Below, piece by piece: positions 1 to 9,268 of a DNA stretch of 64,000 nucleotides. The DNA comes from Candidatus Zixiibacteriota bacterium (GTDB lineage Bacteria > RBG-13-66-14 > B26-G2 > WVWN01). The notes beneath the pieces are model-generated. The model was not told the origin of the DNA. It did no database searches and was given only the letters and a program-made list of their open reading frames with translations. The stretch is taken from positions 1-64,000 of the forward strand of contig JASFLY010000003.1 of the NCBI GenBank assembly GCA_050117845.1, given 5' to 3'. The position numbers and the translations under genes were made by a program. Numbering within the stretch: the first letter of the stretch is position 1; the number at the start of each line of letters is the position of its first letter.

Positions 1-846
1 TCCTACGTCGCTTCCGGTTTTGGCGGCGAGGCCCGTAACGATAACGTCCGTGCCGAAACGCACGTCGTACGTCACGGGGCCGCGGCCGCGCGTCTTCGTC
101 GCCTCGTACACCCGCCGCAAACGACGGGCCGTACGGTCGTCGAAGCCGGAAGCATATCTTACCCGGTACCGCCCCGCGGCCAGCACGACGGTACTGCTAT
201 TAACGTCCACGAATTCCACCGCGGCGAGCCAGGACGGGTCCACCCGGCCGAGGCCGTCGGTAACCGCCAGCGCGTCGCGAAGCTCGCGTCGCTTAATCTT
301 TTTTCCGGCCGCGGTCGCCGTTCGCGTTCGATATCGCGCGCCCGCTATGACCGGAAGGTCCTCGTATCCGGCGGCCATCGGCTCCAGCACAATGCCGTCG
401 GAAGATACTTTATAGAGAGAGTCGTTAATAACCATGGCCGCCGCCGCCGGCCGCTCCTCCACCGTAACGACCACTTCGGCCGGAAGGCGCCGCCCCACCT
501 CCGCGCTGCGGATCCGGGGGTGGCGGCACAAGCGTTCCTCGGTCTCCTCCAAATCGATCCAGAAAAGGTTGTCGCCCTCCTCGAAGCCGGCCGCCGCCAT
601 AACCTCGGTTGACGTCATGTACGACGCCCCTCGTACGGTGTAACCGCCGAGGCGCCACGGCGCGGACGTTATCGACACGTAGACGATGAAGGCCAACGCG
701 ACGCAAGCCGCGGCCACGCCCAGGCCGGTCGCGAGTTTCCTCCGGCCGGCGTCGTCCCGGGCCTGGCGTCCCGCCCGCCGGCCCGCCCGCTTCCGGGCCC
801 CGGGCCGACGTTTCGTCCGCCGCACCACGTGAATCTTATCCGTCAT
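1..846 (-). CDS. ftsQ: Cell division protein FtsQ/DivIB (3' end runs off the window)
   Basis: Not in the ORF track; translated by hand from ATG at 846, overlapping the murB end: basic N-tail, TM segment, POTRA-like NLFWIDLEETEERLCRHPRIRSAEVGRRLPAEVVVTVEER, C-terminal YDVRFGTDVIV. Follows murB in the dcw cluster. Confidence 0.85.
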   Translation of the reverse strand, partial: MTDKIHVVRRTKRRPGARKRAGRRAGRQARDDAGRRKLATGLGVAAACVALAFIVYVSITSAPWRLGGYTVRGASYMTSTEVMAAAGFEEGDNLFWIDLEETEERLCRHPRIRSAEVGRRLPAEVVVTVEERPAAAAMVINDSLYKVSSDGIVLEPMAAGYEDLPVIAGARYRTRTATAAGKKIKRRELRDALAVTDGLGRVDPSWLAAVEFVDVNSSTVVLAAGRYRVRYASGFDDRTARRLRRVYEATKTRGRGPVTYDVRFGTDVIVTGLAAKTGSDVG

Positions 847-1771
847 CGCCGAACTCTCCGAGCAGTTGAACCTCGAGTTCCAACGTTACGCCGAACTCGT
901 CTTCCACGCGGCCCCGGACTTCCTCGATAAGGCCGTGGATATCCCGGGCCGCCGCGCCCCCCTCGTTCACTATGAAATTGGCGTGTTTCGACGAAACCGC
1001 CGCCCCGCCCCGCACCATCCCCTTGAGGCCCGCCTGGTCGATAAGCGCTCCGGCGGACGGCCCCTCCGGCGGGTTCTTGAAAACGCTGCCGGCCGACGCC
1101 TCGCCGACGGGCTGGCTTTCCTGCCGCCGGGCCCGGTACTCATCGGTCAACTTCGCCACCAGGGCCGGGTCCGACGGCGTGAGCTTGAGGGCGACCTCCG
1201 TTACCGCGAACGGGCGAGCCAGAGGAAACTCGGCCCGACGGTACGCGAAGGCCACTTCCTCCGGCGCCACGCGCCGATGGGCCCCCTCGCCGGTCAACAC
1301 GTCAACGTACTCCACGAATTCCCAGATCTCGGAACCGAAGGCGCCAGCGTTGGTGCAGGTCGCGCCGCCCACCGTCCCCGGGACCCCTATCGCCCATTCC
1401 ATGCCGGCCAGGCCCATCTGCGTGCAACTGGTAACGAGCGACGGCAACGCCCGCCCCGCGCCCACCGTAACCGCGCCCTCCTCCACCGACACGTGCATCA
1501 GCGCGTTGCATATCCTGAGCACGATGCCGTCGAAACCGGCGTCCGAGACCAGGAGGTTCGTCCCGGCCCCCATCACGAAGACTTCCTCCCCGGCGGCGAA
1601 GACTTCCCGCACGTCGCCCTCGGTCGCGGGGACGACGAGGTACTTCGCCGGCCCGCCGACGCGGAACGACGTGTAGCGCGAGAGCCGGGCCTCGGGGGTA
1701 ACCGTACCCTCGATGCGGTCCTGCCAGCGGCTGCCGCCGGCGCCGTTAATGGGCAAGGTAGCGCAATACAT
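836..1771 (-). CDS. murB: UDP-N-acetylenolpyruvoylglucosamine reductase
   Basis: TSFRVGGPA, GAGTNLL, VPGTVGG, SAGSVFKNP, HANF and ELEV motifs; start uncertain. Confidence 0.95.
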   Translation of the reverse strand: MYCATLPINGAGGSRWQDRIEGTVTPEARLSRYTSFRVGGPAKYLVVPATEGDVREVFAAGEEVFVMGAGTNLLVSDAGFDGIVLRICNALMHVSVEEGAVTVGAGRALPSLVTSCTQMGLAGMEWAIGVPGTVGGATCTNAGAFGSEIWEFVEYVDVLTGEGAHRRVAPEEVAFAYRRAEFPLARPFAVTEVALKLTPSDPALVAKLTDEYRARRQESQPVGEASAGSVFKNPPEGPSAGALIDQAGLKGMVRGGAAVSSKHANFIVNEGGAAARDIHGLIEEVRGRVEDEFGVTLELEVQLLGEFGDDG

Positions 1772-3128
1772 CTTCGGCCACTTTCCAAACGTCCCCGGCC
1801 CCCACGTGCACGATGACGTCGCCGGGGGCCATAAGCGCCGCGACGCGCTCCGGTATGTCGGCTTTGTCCGGAACGTGATGGACGCCGGCGTGTCCCATCG
1901 AAAGGAGGCCCGCCACGATTCCCTCTTCGGTTACGCCGGCGATGGCGACCTCTCCCGCCGGGTAAATGCCGGTCACGACGACGAGGTCCGCGCCGGCGAG
2001 GGCCTTCGGGAATTTCTTCATCTGATCCTTGGTCCGGCTGTAGCGGTGGGGCTGGAAGACCGCCACCAGCCGCCGGCCCGGGTAAGCGCGCCGCAAGGCC
2101 GCCAGCATCGTCTCTATCTCCCGGGGATGGTGCGCGTAATCGTGCATAATGGTCACCGGCCCTTCGACTTCTCCCAGCCGTTGGAAACGCATTTCGACGC
2201 CTTCGAACTCGTCCAGAGCCTTCTGGATAACGTTGAATTCGACGCCGGCGACGAGGGCCATGGCCGCCGCGGCCGCCGCGTTCAGGGCGCTGTGTTCGCC
2301 CGGCAGGTTTATCGTCAGGCGCCCCAGCGGTTCTCCCTTCACCGTCATATTGAACGACGTCTTCAGGCCCTCGCTCGCGATATCGGAGACGACGACGTCG
2401 GAATCGGCGCCGACGCCGTACGTCATGGCCGGCTTCGATACCTGGTCAAGAATATCCACTACGCCCGGGTCGTCGCCGCACACGAGGTTCAGGCCGTAAA
2501 AGGGTACCTTGTTCAAAAACTCGACGAAGGCGTCCTTGACCCGGCCGAAGTCGCCGTAGTAATCCAGATGATCCTCGTCCACGTTGGTGCAGATGGCGTA
2601 AATAGGCGACAACCTTAAGAAGGAGCCGTCGCTCTCGTCGGCCTCCGCGACGAAGTACTCGCCCTCTCCCAATTTAGCGCCGGTCCCGGCGCGATTGACC
2701 CGGCCGCCGACGACGAAGGTGGGCTCGAGGCCCCCTTCCGCCAACAGCGTCGCCAGGATGGAGGTCGTCGTCGTCTTGCCGTGGGTTCCACAGACGGCGA
2801 TGCCGCGCTTCAGACGCATGAGTTCGGCCAGCATCTCCGCCCGCGGTATGACCGGGATGCCGCGCCGCCGGGCCTCGACCACTTCCGGGTTGTCGGCCGG
2901 AATCGCCGTCGATACCACGACCACGCCCGCGTCGCCTACGTTCTCGGCGGCGTGCCCCTCGCACACGCGTACGCCCATGGCCGCCAGGCGGGCCGCCGTG
3001 GCGCCGGCCTTCAGGTCGGAACCGGACACGTCGAAGCCGAGGTTGTTCAATATCTCGGCCAGGCCGCTCATCCCCGCGCCGCCGACGCCGACGAAATGTA
3101 TCTTCGATATAAGGCCGAAATCTCTCAC
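1746..3128 (-). CDS. murC: UDP-N-acetylmuramate--L-alanine ligase
   Basis: HFVGVGGAGMSG, GTHGKTTT, EADESD, DYAHHP, FQPHRYSR. Confidence 0.97.
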   Translation of the reverse strand: MRDFGLISKIHFVGVGGAGMSGLAEILNNLGFDVSGSDLKAGATAARLAAMGVRVCEGHAAENVGDAGVVVVSTAIPADNPEVVEARRRGIPVIPRAEMLAELMRLKRGIAVCGTHGKTTTTSILATLLAEGGLEPTFVVGGRVNRAGTGAKLGEGEYFVAEADESDGSFLRLSPIYAICTNVDEDHLDYYGDFGRVKDAFVEFLNKVPFYGLNLVCGDDPGVVDILDQVSKPAMTYGVGADSDVVVSDIASEGLKTSFNMTVKGEPLGRLTINLPGEHSALNAAAAAAMALVAGVEFNVIQKALDEFEGVEMRFQRLGEVEGPVTIMHDYAHHPREIETMLAALRRAYPGRRLVAVFQPHRYSRTKDQMKKFPKALAGADLVVVTGIYPAGEVAIAGVTEEGIVAGLLSMGHAGVHHVPDKADIPERVAALMAPGDVIVHVGAGDVWKVAEDVLRYLAH

Positions 3129-4234
3129 GCCTCTATTCCTATCAGGGCCAGAGCCTCGCGGGCCACGCGGCGGGCCGCGTCCGGCCTGCCCAGTTCCCGG
3201 CTCGCCCGGGCCATCGTCTCCCGGCGGGACGGGTCGTCCGCCAGGGCGTTAACCAGTTCGGATAGTTTCGCGCCGTCGAATTCCTCATCCTCCACGTACG
3301 CCGCGGCGCCCTCCTGCTCCACGTACGCGGCGTTCCGCGCCTGGTGGCCGTGGGCCGCGAACGGGTAAGGAACGAGCACCAAGGGTTTGCCGAACGCCAG
3401 GACCTCTGCAACGCCTCCGCCCGCCCGGCAAACCACCACGTCCGCGGCCCGATAGCAATCGTATATTTCGTCGAAGAACGATTTTACGAGTAAGCGCCCC
3501 TCCCACGCCGCCGGCACTTCCAGGTCCACGACGTCGCCGGTCTGGACTATCAATTGCATCCGGCGCCCTTCCCACCCGGCCAGCGCGCCCCGCGTCGCCT
3601 CCACCAGCCGCCGGGCGCCCTGACTTCCGCCGAAGACGAAGACGGTGAACGTATCGGCGTCGAGGCCCAAACGGCCGCGGGCCCCGGCCGCGTCGCCCAC
3701 GTCGCCTACGTCGCGTATCGGGTTGCCCGTCACGACGGCCCTAACTCTGGGCGACAGGAAGTCGCGCGACGGCTCGAAGGTGAGGCAAGCCAGGTTGGCC
3801 AGCCGCGACAGGAGGCGGTTCGTCAATCCCGGAATAATATTTTGTTCCAACAGCACCGTCGGCGTCCGCCGGCGCTTGGCCGCCACGATGACCGGCGCGC
3901 TGCCGTAGCCGCCGGTCCCGATGACGAGCGCGGCGTCGAGTCGCTTCAATAGGCCGGACGCTTTCGCTATGGACAACGCCAGCCGAACCGGCATTACCAG
4001 ATTCGCGGGGTGCAGGCTGCGCTCCAGCCGGGGCGCCGGCAGGACGCGGTAGCCGTACGGCGTGGGCGCGAGGATCCGCTCCTCCACCGGCCGGCCGGTT
4101 CCGACGAAGGTTATCTCGGCCTCCGGCACGGCCGCGCTGATGGCCGCTGCCGTCGCCAACCCCGGGAAGAGGTGGCCGCCGGTACCGCCGCCGGCGATCA
4201 CGATAGACACCTTATTTTCTTCGGCCGCGTTCAC
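3125..4234 (-). CDS. murG: Lipid II GlcNAc transferase MurG
   Basis: GGGTGGH, GGYGS, EQN, GNPIR, GGSQGA, HQARNA. Confidence 0.97.
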   Translation of the reverse strand: MNAAEENKVSIVIAGGGTGGHLFPGLATAAAISAAVPEAEITFVGTGRPVEERILAPTPYGYRVLPAPRLERSLHPANLVMPVRLALSIAKASGLLKRLDAALVIGTGGYGSAPVIVAAKRRRTPTVLLEQNIIPGLTNRLLSRLANLACLTFEPSRDFLSPRVRAVVTGNPIRDVGDVGDAAGARGRLGLDADTFTVFVFGGSQGARRLVEATRGALAGWEGRRMQLIVQTGDVVDLEVPAAWEGRLLVKSFFDEIYDCYRAADVVVCRAGGGVAEVLAFGKPLVLVPYPFAAHGHQARNAAYVEQEGAAAYVEDEEFDGAKLSELVNALADDPSRRETMARASRELGRPDAARRVAREALALIGIEA

Positions 4235-4235
4235 G

Positions 4236-5396
4236 TTATACGTAATCCACGAAAGTGCTGTTCAAAGATACCGACGGGTTCTCGTAACGGGCGTAGCCGA
4301 AACTGCTGTCCACACCCGAGCGCCGCGCCACGCTCACCAGTATCCCCACCGAAGCGAAGGTCATGAGGAGCGACGTCCCGCCGTACGATATGAACGGCAG
4401 CGGGATCCCCGTCGTCGGGATAAGGCCCGTGACGACGCAGAGGTTCACGGCCGCGCAGAAGCCTATAATAGTCGTGAGGCCGGCGGCGAGGTACTTGCCG
4501 AAGTCGTCGGCCGCCCGGGACGCTATCTTGAAACCGACCGTCACCAGCGCCGCGAAGGCGATGAGTACGGCCGCCGCGCCCACGAAACCCAACTCCTCGC
4601 CCACTATGGCGTAGACGAAGTCGGTGTGGGATTGCGGCAGGTAGAACAATTTTTGATTACTGGCGCCGAGGCCCTTGCCCAAAAGGCCGCCGGAGCCGAG
4701 CGCGATGAGCGACTGGATAATCTGGTATCCGCGCCCCCGGGCGTAACGCCACGGGTCAACGTAGGACATCAGGCGGGAGACCTGGTACTTCTGCGCCGAA
4801 ATCATTATCGCCAGGAGCGGGACGACGAGCGCACCCGAGCCGATCATGTAGCGCAGGCGCACGCCGCCCAGGAAGAGCATCACGAACGCCGTTACCGCGA
4901 TGAGGAACCCCATGCTGAAGTCGGGCTGAGCCGCCACCAGCGCGAACATAACGGCCGCGGCGCCGAGCGGTATCCACTTCTCGTACGCATTCTCGAGCTG
5001 GCCCCGTCGCGCGATGTATTTTGCCAGGACTATCACGGTCGCGATTTTCGCGAGTTCGGACGGCTGGAAATAAAAACGGCCCAGCTTAAGCCATCGGTGC
5101 ACCGGCGCGGCGTAACTGCCGACGCCCAGGACCAGCGTCAACACCAATAAGGTTATCGCGACGCCCGCGGCGGGCCACGCCAGCTTTTCCCAGACGCGGT
5201 AGTCCACCAGCGCGCAAATCGCCCCGACGACGAGCGCCACCGCCAGGTTAATGACGTGCCGCTTCAGGAAATACATGCTGTCCGCGTCGTACTTGACGTA
5301 AGCGTACGGCGCGCTCGACGAGAACACCATCAACACGCCCACGGTGGCGAGGGCGAGCGTCAGGCCGACTAACGTTATCACGAGCGAACGGGACAT
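4236..5396 (-). CDS. ftsW: SEDS peptidoglycan polymerase FtsW
   Basis: Multi-TM; RW, QPSELAK, HTDF, GEELG, PFISYGG; dcw position. Confidence 0.95.
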   Translation of the reverse strand: MSRSLVITLVGLTLALATVGVLMVFSSSAPYAYVKYDADSMYFLKRHVINLAVALVVGAICALVDYRVWEKLAWPAAGVAITLLVLTLVLGVGSYAAPVHRWLKLGRFYFQPSELAKIATVIVLAKYIARRGQLENAYEKWIPLGAAAVMFALVAAQPDFSMGFLIAVTAFVMLFLGGVRLRYMIGSGALVVPLLAIMISAQKYQVSRLMSYVDPWRYARGRGYQIIQSLIALGSGGLLGKGLGASNQKLFYLPQSHTDFVYAIVGEELGFVGAAAVLIAFAALVTVGFKIASRAADDFGKYLAAGLTTIIGFCAAVNLCVVTGLIPTTGIPLPFISYGGTSLLMTFASVGILVSVARRSGVDSSFGYARYENPSVSLNSTFVDYV

Positions 5397-5399
5397 GGG

Positions 5400-6791
5400 C
5401 TAACCGGCCTCCCGGCTCAAGCCGGCGACGACGCGCTTGAAATCGTCGCCGCGCTGTTCGAAACTCTCGTACTGGTCCCAGGACGTGCACGCCGGCGCGA
5501 GCAGGACGACGTCACCCGGCAGGGCAGCCGCCGCTGCCCGGGCCACGGCTTCGGCGATGGTCGTCGCCCGCTGGAACGGGACCGCGCCCTCTAAGGCGCG
5601 CGCCAGCTCCTCCGTCGCCATACCATATATTACGGCCGCGCGGACCTTTCCCCGGGCCGCCTCGGCCAGGGGGCCGAAGTCCTCCCCCTTTCCCTTCCCG
5701 CCGGCAATCAACACTATCGGCTCGTCGAAGGTCGCCAGCGCCGTCAGGGCGCTCGCGACGTTAGTCGCCTTGGAATCGTTCACGTAACGGACACCCGCGA
5801 CCTCTCCGGCGAACTCGAGGCGGTGCGGCAAACCCTCGAACGAGGCGAGCGCGTCCCGCACCGCGGCCGGCGAAACGCCCATCGCCAGGGCCGCCGCCGC
5901 CGCGGCCATCGCGTTCGATAGGTTGTGCCGCCCGGGCAGTCGGACCTCGGCGGCCGGCATCAACGTGCCTCGTTCTCCCGCCACGTCGTACGCGACGTCG
6001 TTTCCGTCGAACCACACGCCGGGCCGGCCCGTCGGCCGGAGGCCGAACCACAGGACGGGCGCCTTCACGTTGCCGGCGGCCGCTTCCGCCACGTTTTCGT
6101 CGTCTGCGTTTAGCACCGCGAAATCCGCGTCGGTTTGATTCCGAAACAGCCGCCACTTCATCCGGTAATACTCGTCGCACGAGCCGTGCCGGTTGAGGTG
6201 GTCGGGCGCGAGGTTGAGCAGTACGCCCACCTTCGGGTTGAACGCGGCCGCGTCCTCCATCTGGAAGGACGACACCTCCGCCACCACCGTGCTCGAGGGC
6301 CGGAGGTCGGCGATTACGGCCGTCAGCGCCACGCCGATGTTCCCGGCAACCGTTACGTCCTCCCCCGCCGACCGGAATATCTCTCCCAGAAGCGCGGTCG
6401 TGGTGGACTTGCCGTTGGACCCGGTGACCGCGACGACGCGGTCCGTTACGAGAAGGCGGTACGCGAGCTCGAGTTCGCCTATTATCTCTATCCCGGCCTT
6501 GCGGCCCGCCGCGACGAGCGGCGCGTTCCACGGCACCCCGGGGCTCCTGACCACGAGATCCACGCCGGCGAGGAGCTCGGGCCGCTGATCCCCCGGCCTG
6601 AGGTCGACGCCGAGTTCGGCCAGCGCCCGCGCCTCGGGCCCCAGTTCGCCGAGGGGCTTCGTGTCGCAAGCGGCGACCCGTCCCGCTACCGGCGCGAGGA
6701 CCCGCGCCGCGGCGACGCCGGAGCGCCCCAGGCCCACCACGAGGACGTGCCGGCCGAGGAAGGCCGCGAGTTTGTCGTCGAACTCGCTCAT
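5400..6791 (-). CDS. murD: UDP-MurNAc-L-Ala--D-glutamate ligase
   Basis: GLGRSG, TGSNGKST, GNIG, EVSSFQ, NDSKATN; start placed at ATG 6791 (ATGA overlap with the mraY stop). Confidence 0.96.
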   Translation of the reverse strand: MSEFDDKLAAFLGRHVLVVGLGRSGVAAARVLAPVAGRVAACDTKPLGELGPEARALAELGVDLRPGDQRPELLAGVDLVVRSPGVPWNAPLVAAGRKAGIEIIGELELAYRLLVTDRVVAVTGSNGKSTTTALLGEIFRSAGEDVTVAGNIGVALTAVIADLRPSSTVVAEVSSFQMEDAAAFNPKVGVLLNLAPDHLNRHGSCDEYYRMKWRLFRNQTDADFAVLNADDENVAEAAAGNVKAPVLWFGLRPTGRPGVWFDGNDVAYDVAGERGTLMPAAEVRLPGRHNLSNAMAAAAAALAMGVSPAAVRDALASFEGLPHRLEFAGEVAGVRYVNDSKATNVASALTALATFDEPIVLIAGGKGKGEDFGPLAEAARGKVRAAVIYGMATEELARALEGAVPFQRATTIAEAVARAAAAALPGDVVLLAPACTSWDQYESFEQRGDDFKRVVAGLSREAG

Positions 6792-7876
6792 CGTATCTTC
6801 AACGTCGATAAACCGATGACCGCGCATATGGCCGATAGTATCCAAAACCTTATAGTTATCTTCGGTTCGGCGACGCCCCGCAACTCGTAATGATGGTGTA
6901 TGGGGGCCATCTTGAAGAGCCGCTTGCCGCCGGTGATCTTGAAATAAGCCACCTGCGACATCACCGACAGCGTCTCGATTACGAATGCGCCGCCGACGAT
7001 GACGAGGAGGAGTTCCTGTTTAATAAGTACGGCCACGGTCCCGATGCCGCCGCCCAGCGCCAGCGCGCCGGTGTCCCCCATGAACACCTGGGCCGGGTAG
7101 CTGTTGAACCACAGGAAACCCAACAGCGCCCCGATCATCGCGGCCATGTAAACGGTGAGTTCGCCGCCGCCGCTTACGAACATCACGTTCAGGTACTCGG
7201 CGAATTTGACGTTGCCGACGATGTAGCACATCACGGCGTAGGCCGCGCCCGAGAAGAGCATCGCGCCGGCCGCCAGGCCGTCCAGGCCGTCGGCCAGGTT
7301 CACCGCGTTGGTCGAACCGACGACCGTGATCATCACGAACAGCACGTACCAGACGCCCAAATCGATAGCGACGTCCTTAATGAACGGAAACGTAAGCCAG
7401 GTCGTCATGCCGTTTTCGAGCGGGAACAGGTAAACGAACAGGCCGATGGCGAGCGCGAGGATCGACTGGCCCACGAACTTCCACCGCGCCAAAAGGCCCA
7501 GCGGCTTTTTGCTTATGAGTTTAAGGTAATCGTCGACGAAACCCATAAGCCCCATGGACGCCGTGGCGACGAGCGCGACGATTACGTAGCGGCTGGTTAT
7601 ATCGGCCCACAACAACGTCGGGACCAGGACGCCGGCCAGTATAAGGATCCCGCCCATGGAGGGCGTACCGGCCTTGGCCTGGTGGCGCTCCGGCACCTCT
7701 TCCCGGATTATTTCCTCGACCATTTTGCGTTTCAATAATCGGATGAGGGGCGGCCCCAAAAGGAAGGCTATGAGGAACGCCGTCACGGCGGCGTACGCCG
7801 ACCGGAACGTGACGTAGCGGAAAATGTTCAACCACGATATATCGGTATGGAGCGGATACAGTAATAGGTATAGCAC
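6788..7876 (-). CDS. mraY: Phospho-MurNAc-pentapeptide transferase
   Basis: KAGTPSMGG, DD, NAVNLADGLDGL, FMGDTG, APIHHH; GGAGG SD upstream. Confidence 0.97.
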   Translation of the reverse strand: MLYLLLYPLHTDISWLNIFRYVTFRSAYAAVTAFLIAFLLGPPLIRLLKRKMVEEIIREEVPERHQAKAGTPSMGGILILAGVLVPTLLWADITSRYVIVALVATASMGLMGFVDDYLKLISKKPLGLLARWKFVGQSILALAIGLFVYLFPLENGMTTWLTFPFIKDVAIDLGVWYVLFVMITVVGSTNAVNLADGLDGLAAGAMLFSGAAYAVMCYIVGNVKFAEYLNVMFVSGGGELTVYMAAMIGALLGFLWFNSYPAQVFMGDTGALALGGGIGTVAVLIKQELLLVIVGGAFVIETLSVMSQVAYFKITGGKRLFKMAPIHHHYELRGVAEPKITIRFWILSAICAVIGLSTLKIR

Positions 7877-7887
7877 CGCCCGGCCTC

Positions 7888-9264
7888 CTAGATTTCTATT
7901 CCCAGTCCGTTAAGCACTTCTTCCAGACGAACGCCCCGGCTGGCCTTCATCAACACGGCGTCGCCGGTGCGCGTTTCCTTTTTCAGATAGGCCACGACCT
8001 CTTCTTTGTTCGCGAACGCGACGGCGGCCTCATGCGGGAGGCCGGCCGCCCGGGCTCCCTCGACGATCCAGCGGCCGCCTTCGCCCAGCCCCACGACCAT
8101 ATCCAGGCCGACTTCCCCGGCGAAAGCGCCGACTTCCCGGTGGGCCCGCTCGCGCGCCTCGCCGAGTTCGAGCATTTCGCCCAACACCGCGATACGCCTC
8201 CGGGCGCCCGAGAGCGTCGCGAAGAACGCGAGCGCGGCCCTGGCGGCGTGGGGCGACGAGTTGTAGCAATCGACGAAATACGTCACGCCCCGGCCGTCGA
8301 CTTCGACCCGGGCCCGGAGGTCCCGGCCGACGTACGAACCCAGGCCGGCGGCGATATCTTCCGGCGCCACGCCGAGCACCTGGCCCACGGCGGCCGCGGC
8401 CAGCGCGTTCAGAACGTTGTACTCGCCCGGCAACGCCAGCGCCACCTCGACCCCGTCGAAAATGGTGAACCTAGAACCCTCGAATCCCAGGGCTTCCGTG
8501 TTACGGGACGTAACGTCCGCCCCGGGGCCCAGGCCGAACGTCACGACCTTGAGGCCGTTGACGACGTCGCCCACCATCGCGGCCACGAGCGGGTCGTCGG
8601 CGTTCAGGACCGCCGTCCCCCCCGGTTTGACGTAATTCAAGAGCGCCATCTTCTCGCGCCGTACGCCCTCCACCGCCCCGAAAAACTCGAGGTGCGTCTG
8701 GGCCACGTTCGTGAGTACGGCGACGCTGGGCTCGACCGCGTCGCCGAGCGGAGCCATATCGCCGGGGGCGCTCACGCCCAACTCCAGCACGAGGGCCTCG
8801 TCCCCGTCCTCGAGCGAGAGGATGGACAGCGGGACGCCCACTTCGTTGTTGTAGTTCTCGGGCGATACGCGGACCCGGTACTTCCGCGAAAGGACCGCGG
8901 CGATAAGGTCCTTGGTAGTGGTCTTGCCGCAGGACCCGGTCACCGCGACGACCGGCCCCCGGAACTCCCGCCGCCGGGCCCGCCCCAGCACGCGCAGCGC
9001 TTCCCACGTATCGGCCACGTGGATCTGGGGTATCTCCTCCGGCACGTCCCGGCTTACGAGCGCGGCGGCCGCGCCCTTAGCGGCGGCGTCCGCCACGTAA
9101 TCCGCGCCGTCGTAGCGCTCGCCGGAGAGCGCCACGAAAAGCTCGCCCGGCTTTATGCGGCGGCTGTCCGTCTCCACGCCGGAAAGGGGAACGTCCTCGC
9201 CGTCGCCCAGAAGTTCGCCCCGGACGAGTTCGCGCACGTGTTCTACGGTCCAATTTACGCTCAT
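7888..9264 (-). CDS. murF: UDP-MurNAc-tripeptide--D-Ala-D-Ala ligase
   Basis: DSR, TGSCGKTTTK, NYNNEVGVP, DCYNSSP, GEMLELG, KASRG. Confidence 0.95.
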   Translation of the reverse strand: MSVNWTVEHVRELVRGELLGDGEDVPLSGVETDSRRIKPGELFVALSGERYDGADYVADAAAKGAAAALVSRDVPEEIPQIHVADTWEALRVLGRARRREFRGPVVAVTGSCGKTTTKDLIAAVLSRKYRVRVSPENYNNEVGVPLSILSLEDGDEALVLELGVSAPGDMAPLGDAVEPSVAVLTNVAQTHLEFFGAVEGVRREKMALLNYVKPGGTAVLNADDPLVAAMVGDVVNGLKVVTFGLGPGADVTSRNTEALGFEGSRFTIFDGVEVALALPGEYNVLNALAAAAVGQVLGVAPEDIAAGLGSYVGRDLRARVEVDGRGVTYFVDCYNSSPHAARAALAFFATLSGARRRIAVLGEMLELGEARERAHREVGAFAGEVGLDMVVGLGEGGRWIVEGARAAGLPHEAAVAFANKEEVVAYLKKETRTGDAVLMKASRGVRLEEVLNGLGIEI

Positions 9265-9268
9265 TATT

